Below are positions 10,795 through 17,299 of a DNA stretch of 32,000 nucleotides, one piece after another; the first letter of the stretch is position 1, and each line of letters begins with the position of its first letter. Source of the stretch: Synechococcus elongatus PCC 6301 (GTDB taxonomy: Bacteria; Cyanobacteriota; Cyanobacteriia; Synechococcales; Synechococcaceae); assembly GCF_000010065.1 (NCBI RefSeq), contig NC_006576.1, positions 1,740,001-1,772,000 on the forward strand. The letters are read 5' to 3'. Position numbers and translations under genes: made by a program. The notes beneath the pieces are model-generated. The model saw nothing but the letters and a program-made list of their open reading frames with translations, had not been told where the DNA came from and made no database searches.

Positions 10795-11487
10795 ATGAGT
10801 ACGCAACGCCTCTTTTGGCGATGGTTTTTACAGCGTCATGGTGAAGCTGGTATCACTCTAGTCGAGGTTCTAGTTGCGGGTATTATTGGCGTGTTGGTTG
10901 TTTTGGCGGGCGGTTATGCGTTAGTGACCAACCTCCGAGTCGATCGCGAACTGTCATCAGCCGCAATTCAACGCAATCTTCAAACGAGAGCTTTGGAGTA
11001 CATCAGTAGTGAAGTCCGTCAAGCCAACTTAATCTACGCGCCGAATAACACACCGAACCTGTGCAGTAGCTATACGAGAGTCTTGGGGCTGCAAACAACG
11101 GTGAATGGTAGCAATCGCAATATTGTTTATGCGGTTGGCAATGCCAACAACCCATGGCGGGGCGATCGCGTGCTATATCGCTGTGGCCCGCCAATCGATA
11201 CCTCCACTGGACGTTACAGCTCAGGTAGCGACGTTGAAGAAGTGATTTTGGATGGCTTGAGCAGCGCTACCCTGGTGGCTAATAGCAATGGATGTGGTGC
11301 TGTCCCGACGGCCTACGCTGTTAGCAGCAGCAATACAGCAGGCCTGCGTGCTTTTTTCCGTACTGCCAGTAACGTCGTGAACACTAATTCCGCACAAATT
11401 CTGCTGGGGATGCAAATTGATCGAGGTATTCAAGGAAATGCAACGAGTTGTGCAAGCATTGTTGCTTCCAATCGTTCGACCCCTTGA
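10795..11487 (+). CDS. Prepilin-type pseudopilin, PilW/GspJ-like (cassette 1)
   Basis: GEAG|ITLVEVLVAGIIGVLVVLAGGYAL has Glu+5 but Ile at +1. GGAGAA lies 9 nt upstream of the ATG. RNLQTRALEYISSEVRQAN and YRCGPPIDTSTGRY blocks are shared with the 13716-14948 product. Confidence 0.7.
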   Translation: MSTQRLFWRWFLQRHGEAGITLVEVLVAGIIGVLVVLAGGYALVTNLRVDRELSSAAIQRNLQTRALEYISSEVRQANLIYAPNNTPNLCSSYTRVLGLQTTVNGSNRNIVYAVGNANNPWRGDRVLYRCGPPIDTSTGRYSSGSDVEEVILDGLSSATLVANSNGCGAVPTAYAVSSSNTAGLRAFFRTASNVVNTNSAQILLGMQIDRGIQGNATSCASIVASNRSTP

Positions 11488-11616
11488 TAAATGAGTAATG
11501 CTAAGTATTTAGCGATTTTTGATCGCCTAGAGAATCTAGTGAACTGTACTTGTCTACCGCTAGCAGCAAAAATTCACTAAGATTTGGGTATATTCGTCTC
11601 TGGTGCTTAGGCTGCA

Positions 11617-13104
11617 GTGATGGTGAGACCTATCCAACTTGTGCGGGCGTGGTTGATCAGGCGATCGCCTAAGGCACGGTACCGTAAGCCCGGTGGGTAC
11701 ATTTTGGCGACCGTCATTGGTTTGAGCCTTATTTTGGCGGTTGGCATCACCTCAGTCAGCATCCGAGCTGCTGCCGAGCGAGCAGGTAGTTTGCAGACAA
11801 CGACGATAAATCTTTCTCAATCCGCAGCCGAAATTGGGATCGAGCGCTTGTATGCCGTTCTCAACAACGGACCTTATCAGTCATTAGCAAGCAAAAGATT
11901 TGATAGAGATTCAGACACAACTACTTGGACAACAGAGATCAGTAATATCAACTCGGCAGCCAATCAGAACAGTAACAACGTAAGAGGGTGTGGTATTACC
12001 CCAGCAGTTACCACCCAGCAGCAGCTAAATGACTTGACAGCCGGGACTACAACAATTGCTTCTACTTCAAACAATATCTGGTGGAGACTGAAGAGCTATT
12101 CCCCACCGGATCTAACAACTAATCCAAAAACCCCTGCAACTATCGTGATGCAAGGTGGAACAGGTACTAGCTCTGGTGATACCTCAGGTCGAAGAACCGA
12201 AATTGAGAAAAAGTTTTTCCCTGAGAATGGAACCCCCATTCTTCGCAATGCACTAGGAAATGCTGCACTCTTTGCCGGGTCAATTGACCTTGGCAACAAT
12301 GATGTCCTCTCCAGTGATGCTACTCAGGGCTGCGCCAACGTCTATTGCCGGGATTGCCAAACTGGGCAAGGTCCAAACAGTACTGTTGAAGGGGCCGTTA
12401 TTACCTTGCCAGCTTCAGTTCCATTCCCGGAACCAAAAGTCTGGCCATCTTCTGGAGCAACCCAAGCGAATGGTTTCTACGACCGTAAAGGTCAAGCGCA
12501 ACCTTTTGGAACTCCCCCACTCTTACGAGTTGCAGATTTTCCTAATACAGATGCCAATAAGTTTATCAACATTCGAGTTGATGATATTCCTGCCAATTTA
12601 AAAGTCATTAATGACAGTTGTGGGGGAGCTATCAGCACTCCTGATCGATTGCCTGTCAATACCAATTCCGGCTGTAAGCGAGTTGCAATTTACTTTGAAG
12701 GCAATATCACTGGACCTATTACTCAACTTTATGCAGACCTTCCTACGGCTACCTTTCTTCCTTACCCAGAAAATCTAGTTCTTTATGGCTTGCCTTCCAC
12801 TGCCACCGGCAATCAAAACATTACCTTAAGTGGCAACAGTGACAAAATTCAAGGAGCAGTTATCGTAGCTCCCAAAGCCCGTGCTGGGATTAACGGTGGT
12901 CCGCCGAAAAGTCGTACTAACCCAGATGTTTATGGGCCACTCTATGTGGGAATTTGGGATCGCTCTAACAGTAATAACGCAGAAATTGTCGTTCCTTATG
13001 ATATGTTTGCCCGAATTGATGGCTTAATTCCCAATCTCAATGAGATCACGACTTTAGTTTCACTGCGGAGTGCAACATCATGGCAAAAGGGAGGCAATCT
13101 CTAG
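11617..13104 (+). CDS. Large PilX/GspK-like minor pilin (cassette 2), paralogue of 8479-10059
   Basis: 495 aa. G|YILATVIGLSLILAVGITSV lacks Glu+5. Blocks shared with the cassette-1 protein are SAAEIG..RL, W.L.SY.P, LGNNDV, C.NVYC..C, FP.PKVWP, VAP.AR.G.NGG and NN.EIVVP. The start is GTG 11617 or ATG 11620. Confidence 0.75.
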   Translation: MMVRPIQLVRAWLIRRSPKARYRKPGGYILATVIGLSLILAVGITSVSIRAAAERAGSLQTTTINLSQSAAEIGIERLYAVLNNGPYQSLASKRFDRDSDTTTWTTEISNINSAANQNSNNVRGCGITPAVTTQQQLNDLTAGTTTIASTSNNIWWRLKSYSPPDLTTNPKTPATIVMQGGTGTSSGDTSGRRTEIEKKFFPENGTPILRNALGNAALFAGSIDLGNNDVLSSDATQGCANVYCRDCQTGQGPNSTVEGAVITLPASVPFPEPKVWPSSGATQANGFYDRKGQAQPFGTPPLLRVADFPNTDANKFINIRVDDIPANLKVINDSCGGAISTPDRLPVNTNSGCKRVAIYFEGNITGPITQLYADLPTATFLPYPENLVLYGLPSTATGNQNITLSGNSDKIQGAVIVAPKARAGINGGPPKSRTNPDVYGPLYVGIWDRSNSNNAEIVVPYDMFARIDGLIPNLNEITTLVSLRSATSWQKGGNL

Positions 13105-13673
13105 TGGGATTGAGTTTTCTTACCAAGCCTTACAAATCCCTTGGCCGGCGGCGTCGCTCTCAACGAGGCTTTAGCATAACTGAAGTTATCGTTGCTGCCA
13201 TCCTGACCATTTTGATCGCTCAGGCAACAACTGCTGCTTTAGTGGTTAATGCTCGAACTCAGGGCACCTCTGTCGAAGAGTCGCAATTTCTGAGGATTGT
13301 TAACCAAGATGTTGAGCGAGTCCGAGATGTTGCTAGTGCACTGTGTAGAAGCTCAACTTCTCCCTTGAGCTACAACGGTTGCAATCCTCCAACTAATCCC
13401 AGCTTGAAACAACGCTGTGACAGTACAAGTTCTAATGCTGGGCTGGCACAATTACTTTCAAGTAGCCTACCCGCTTTCTCTGACAATATATTTACAAGTA
13501 AAAATCGTTCGACTGTGACGATCACTAGAACTTCCTCTATCCCGACTGTCCCGGGTGCCTCATCTTTCTCTGTGTTACGTCTGGCCTATACTTCATCTGG
13601 TCTATCACCGAATTTATCGTATGTGACGGAAGTGGTGCCGGACGTCGTCGGTTGGTGCTCAACTGCCATTTAA
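13080..13673 (+). CDS. Prepilin-type pseudopilin, PilV/GspI-like (cassette 2)
   Basis: RRSQRG|FSITEVIVAAILTILIAQATTAAL is canonical. The C-terminal VTEVVPDVVGWC parallels VTEFVPDAVGSC in the cassette-1 paralogue. ATG 13080 overlaps the upstream gene by 25 nt. An alternative start is GTG 13104, which overlaps the upstream stop (TAGTG) and has GGGAGG 9 nt upstream. Confidence 0.8.
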   Translation: MAKGRQSLVGLSFLTKPYKSLGRRRRSQRGFSITEVIVAAILTILIAQATTAALVVNARTQGTSVEESQFLRIVNQDVERVRDVASALCRSSTSPLSYNGCNPPTNPSLKQRCDSTSSNAGLAQLLSSSLPAFSDNIFTSKNRSTVTITRTSSIPTVPGASSFSVLRLAYTSSGLSPNLSYVTEVVPDVVGWCSTAI

Positions 13674-13715
13674 AAACCTTCATTCAACTGATCACTAGTT
13701 TTTACAGGCATATCC

Positions 13716-14948
13716 ATGAAGAGCGATAACTTAAGTGCCTTGCTAAGAATCTATTGGGCTCTAGTACCCAAGGATGAAGCGCGATCGCAGCAAGGGTTTA
13801 CGATTACCGAGTTATTGGTCGCCAGTACCATTGGTATCATTGTGATTTTGGGCGGAGGCTATCTGCTTAAGACTAATCTCGATGTCGATCGTGTTAGCTC
13901 TACCAACTCAGCTCAAAGGAATATTCAAAATCGAGCCTTAGATTTTATTAGTAATGAAATTAGGCGGGCCAATGCTGTTGTGAGTTCAAGCTCTCGTTCC
14001 TGTAACGGAGTAACGCCAGTCCTCAGTATTCGAGTACCTGATCCGAGCAACTCTACGAGCACTTCCGCAGTCAGAATTATCGACTACGCCGTTGCTACTC
14101 CAGCTGCTCCTTGGCAAACGACTAGTAATGCTCGGGCGATTTATCGATGTGGCCCAGAGATTAACAGTTCTGGTCAATATGATTTCACTTCTTCCACAAC
14201 CGTGACTGACCTGCTCGTTGATCGAGTTGCAAATGCTAACCCTACGGCAAGCGGTGTTTGTAGCAATCTTAATGCCAATGCAATTACTTCACCTTTTTCG
14301 GGCTCAGCAACAACTAGTGGAACAAACGGTTTAGTTGTTCGCTACGAAGCAAGTGATCCGCGATCGGCTCAAGTCTTGATTGCCTTCTTGCGAAACGTAG
14401 GGAATGGAGGTTCTCCAGGTACCGACTGCGTCACGAATATTGTTGCTGCTCGCGCGATTGATCCTGCCAATATTGCGTCTAGCCCATCGCCTAGCCCTAC
14501 GCCGACACCCACGCCTACGCCGAGCCCATCTCCTACTCCGTCACCTAGCCCTACGCCGACACCCACGCCTACGCCGAGCCCATCTCCCACTCCGTCACCT
14601 AGCCCTACGCCGACACCCACGCCCACGCCAAGCCCATCACCTGCGCCGACTCCCGTTTCTATCTCAATTGCCTCAATTTCTGGTGGAGGTAATAACTCAA
14701 CTGTTGGGCTTAACCTTGGTAGCCTTAGTTTGCTCGCAGGTGTAACCGGTTTCAGGATTTTTGGTTGCACACAAAACAATAGTACCTGTACACCTTCCAC
14801 GGGCGGTACGCCGACCTTAACTACTTCATCCACTACCCCTACTATTCCAAATATCGACTTGCAAGGTAATAGGAGAGCTTGTTTTACTGCTCAAGCAGTT
14901 GGACCTCTCAATATTGTTTTAGGAACTTCTACTGTGTGCACAAATTAA
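13716..14948 (+). CDS. Modular PilW/GspJ-like pseudopilin (cassette 2) with an (S/T)P-repeat linker and an extra C-terminal domain
   Basis: ARSQQG|[24 protein letters not shown] is canonical. The pilin body is paralogous to 10795-11487 ([32 protein letters not shown]). A linker of about 58 aa made of S/T/A-P dipeptides follows, then a module of about 97 aa with 4 Cys. Confidence 0.75.
   Translation: MKSDNLSALLRIYWALVPKDEARSQQGFTITELLVASTIGIIVILGGGYLLKTNLDVDRVSSTNSAQRNIQNRALDFISNEIRRANAVVSSSSRSCNGVTPVLSIRVPDPSNSTSTSAVRIIDYAVATPAAPWQTTSNARAIYRCGPEINSSGQYDFTSSTTVTDLLVDRVANANPTASGVCSNLNANAITSPFSGSATTSGTNGLVVRYEASDPRSAQVLIAFLRNVGNGGSPGTDCVTNIVAARAIDPANIASSPSPSPTPTPTPTPSPSPTPSPSPTPTPTPTPSPSPTPSPSPTPTPTPTPSPSPAPTPVSISIASISGGGNNSTVGLNLGSLSLLAGVTGFRIFGCTQNNSTCTPSTGGTPTLTTSSTTPTIPNIDLQGNRRACFTAQAVGPLNIVLGTSTVCTN
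14481..14654 (+). repeat. In-frame 54-bp tandem repeat (about 3.2 copies) encoding the SP/TP linker
   Basis: The unit agcccatctcctactccgtcacctagccctacgccgacacccacgcctacgccg encodes [18 protein letters not shown]. There are two full copies differing at 3 synonymous sites, flanked by a 42-nt and a 24-nt partial copy. Confidence 0.9.
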
Positions 14949-14959
14949 GTTCTATTCTT

Positions 14960-15838
14960 GTGAATTTTGACTTGAAGCCTCTAAATTTGATAAAAACTAT
15001 TTATGATTTCAGTCGACAAGAGGTTCTTTTAACTGAAACTGAGTTGTTTCAGTTACTCCAAAGCTTTGAGGACTGTCCACCTCGTGAGAGTCTACAAAGT
15101 TCCTCTTTTCAGTGGAGGAACCTGTTGTTTTCTCAGGTGTCAGCGGGTAATACGACTTACTGGTATTCCCAACAAATACCGATTCAAATCAATTCAAATT
15201 TAAGTGGTATTGCCAACCATCTAGCTGTAGAGTCTTCAACAGGGAAGCCAGATATTTTATATTGGCGAATCCTTGATTTTTTAAGCCCTGAAAAGCTACA
15301 ACAGCTTTGGAATTATTTACTAACTGCCCGATCGCAATTTAATCCGGCTCACAACTCCGCAGGTTTGAATAACTATCGACAATCTCTTTTTACTGCTCCT
15401 CCTCCTGAAATTTATTCCGAGATCAGTGAAAAGATTTTAGGTGCTTTGATACCAATTGCCGATGAGCTGCCCAATTCCTCACAAGAAATTGGCGAGATAG
15501 AGATGCAAATAACAGCTCACAACGATGGTCATTATTACAAAATTCATAATGATAACGGCAGTCCTGATACAGCTACACGTTTTCTCACTTACGTTTACTA
15601 CTTCTATCGACAACCCAAACCATTTACTGGTGGCGAGCTGCGACTGTATGAACTTGCTATCAAAGATGGCTTTTACGTTGCAGGCGATCGCTATCAAGAC
15701 ATTGAACCGCTACACAATAGCCTGATTGTTTTCCCAAGCCACTACATGCACGAAGTTCTACCGATTCGATGTCCTTCTCAGCGATTTGAGGATAGCCGCT
15801 TTACAGTTAATGGTTGGATTCGAGTTGCTATTGACTGA
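14960..15838 (+). CDS. 2OG-Fe(II) oxygenase superfamily protein, prolyl 4-hydroxylase-like
   Basis: The C-terminal half carries H-N-D (His 15545-15547, Asp 15551-15553) and a distal His in MHEVLPI (15749-15751). An Arg in RFTVNGW (15797-15799) completes the facial triad plus 2OG-binding Arg, with P4H/PF13640-like spacing. There is no in-frame ATG near the 5' end. Candidate starts are GTG 14960 (used here), TTG 14972, or TTG 14879, which has AGGAG 3 nt upstream but overlaps the previous gene by 70 nt. Confidence 0.75.
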   Translation: MNFDLKPLNLIKTIYDFSRQEVLLTETELFQLLQSFEDCPPRESLQSSSFQWRNLLFSQVSAGNTTYWYSQQIPIQINSNLSGIANHLAVESSTGKPDILYWRILDFLSPEKLQQLWNYLLTARSQFNPAHNSAGLNNYRQSLFTAPPPEIYSEISEKILGALIPIADELPNSSQEIGEIEMQITAHNDGHYYKIHNDNGSPDTATRFLTYVYYFYRQPKPFTGGELRLYELAIKDGFYVAGDRYQDIEPLHNSLIVFPSHYMHEVLPIRCPSQRFEDSRFTVNGWIRVAID

Positions 15839-15842
15839 TTTT

Positions 15843-16409
15843 CTAGCTTGAAGTTCGACAGCTACCGCTTTGCACAGTACCAGTTCTGACTAGCCCTAGG
15901 GGTCGTGCAAGAACGACACAGCGTTGTACTGGCGTTAATGTACTACTCAAGCGAATTTCTTGGGTTGCATTACCTGTCCAGTAAACATTGCCGCTGGGAT
16001 ATGCGAGTACGTTTGAACTTAGATTCTGAGCTACTGTGATTTGATTTCTAGCAAAGCTACGACTACGTAAAAGACAATTCCCCGTGGGTGCTGCTGTTGT
16101 ATCACGGTTAATTCCACCAGCAACAAGATCAGTGGCTTTCAAGGTACAGGTTCGATTTAACCGCTGAGCTTCACGTTGCATCTCTAGAATGGCTGACTGT
16201 ACTTCTGAAGTAGCTTGATCTAGCTCTTGCTGACCCAAAAAACCAGCCACGCTAGGTCCTGCGATCGCGGCTAGAATCCCTGCCACAATTAAAACGACTA
16301 AGATCTCAGTGATTGTAAAACCTTGCGATCGCACTGCTCGGCGTAAATGAGCATAAAGTAAACGCTGCTCTAAGACGAGTTTTAATCGTGACATTGCTAA
16401 CCTTTCCAT
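15843..16409 (-). CDS. Prepilin-type pseudopilin, FimT/FimU/GspH-like
   Basis: VRSQG|FTITEILVVLIVAGILAAIAGPS is followed by GFLGQQELDQATSEVQSAILEMQREAQRLN, a layout typical of GspH/FimT-family pseudopilins. It converges on the oxygenase gene with a 4-nt gap. Confidence 0.8.
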   Translation of the reverse strand: MERLAMSRLKLVLEQRLLYAHLRRAVRSQGFTITEILVVLIVAGILAAIAGPSVAGFLGQQELDQATSEVQSAILEMQREAQRLNRTCTLKATDLVAGGINRDTTAAPTGNCLLRSRSFARNQITVAQNLSSNVLAYPSGNVYWTGNATQEIRLSSTLTPVQRCVVLARPLGLVRTGTVQSGSCRTSS

Positions 16410-16909
16410 CCCAACGCGATCGCAGCTTACCTCTATTCTCGCAAACGATGCAGGGATTAGCTTGCCCTAGGCGAGCGATCTTGTGCCAAAGACCGATCGC
16501 CTGGCCTTTCCTGATCAATACTCAGTGACTCTCTAACTATAGTCAGCGCATGATCAACAGAGGCTACCTAGTAAAAAAGATAGGACTGGTGTAGTCGAAT
16601 AAGGATCAGCTTATCTTCAACAACAACTCACTACGCTCAAACATTGCTTAGCTACTCTCTGAGACTGTCGCGATCGCCTTCAACCCCTGCCAGAGTAGTA
16701 CTGCCAATGTCTGAATTCTTGTTGTGTCTACCGCTTCTCCTGCGCAGAGAGTAGATCAGTGATCGACCCCAAGAACTCTCTGGTATTCCAAAGAAACCAG
16801 TAATCTCCTATCCATTAGTGATAGCGATCGCTGTTGGGGCGGATTTCTCGCCTGCCAGCATCAAGGCCCGAGTGTCAGAGTAGAAGGAGAACCCTTCAGA
16901 GGCAGACTG

Positions 16910-17284
16910 ATGACCGACGTACTGCCCACGATCGAACTGTTTGATGGCATCGCTGAAGAACTCGATAACGTCAGCTTGCGGCGCGATCGCCAATCCGGCA
17001 CCCGCAATGTCTTGCTCCGCTTCCGTGCCCTCAAAGCCCTTGATCGCTTCAATAGTTTCCGAAGCCGCTTTTCCAAAGCGATTCGCCTCACCGATAGTGA
17101 AGGGGCAATCGAACTTTGGCCCGACTCCTCCAAGTTGGTGTTTGGCGGTGATGACGGCGATGAACTGGACCGCGTCGAGTTTGTCGTCCCGATCGACAAT
17201 GAAGACCACTGGCAACGCTTCATGCGATTTATGGAGCGCTACGCTGCGGCCAATGACATGACCTACGGCGATCGCCAGGCATAA
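16910..17284 (+). CDS. psb28-2: Photosystem II Psb28-family protein (Psb28-2 type)
   Basis: 124 aa. LRRDRQSGTRNVLLRF and HWQRFMRFMERYAAANDMTY match the conserved Psb28 blocks (..TGT..F.F and W.RFMRFMERYA). Confidence 0.85.
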   Translation: MTDVLPTIELFDGIAEELDNVSLRRDRQSGTRNVLLRFRALKALDRFNSFRSRFSKAIRLTDSEGAIELWPDSSKLVFGGDDGDELDRVEFVVPIDNEDHWQRFMRFMERYAAANDMTYGDRQA

Positions 17285-17299
17285 CGACGGGAGATAGGT

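Noticed and set aside
10760-10798. 12-codon mini-ORF (MTRSLATGELSR) whose stop overlaps the ATG of the 10795 gene
   Set aside because: It is too short to evaluate and has no clear ribosome-binding site of its own, so it is probably coincidental.
11561-11594. TAGCA ... GGGTATATT between the two cassettes, as a possible SigF-type pilin promoter
   Set aside because: The spacing between the two elements, about 21 nt, does not fit what I remember of the cyanobacterial pilA1 -32/-12 promoter. The match is loose.
14369-14833. 154-aa - strand ORF with [11 protein letters not shown] repeats, and the + strand 14404-14745 ORF
   Set aside because: These are alternative-frame or antisense readings of the 54-bp SP/TP repeat. 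They stay open only because the repeat lacks stop codons in those frames.
14879-14959. TTG-initiated 5' extension of the oxygenase ORF, overlapping the upstream pilin gene by 70 nt
   Set aside because: The extension encodes an odd Cys/Phe/Tyr-rich peptide, and the AGGAG is only 3 nt from the TTG. I kept it as an alternative start, not the primary call.
8239-16517. CCTGATCA at both island edges (8239-8246 and 16510-16517) as possible att-like direct repeats
   Set aside because: The match is only 8 nt and contains a common palindrome (TGATCA). No integrase or tRNA is nearby, so chance explains it.
16808-17223. 135-aa and 120-aa - strand ORFs opposite psb28-2
   Set aside because: The + strand frame gives a clear Psb28-family protein. 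The minus-strand ORFs are antisense artefacts.
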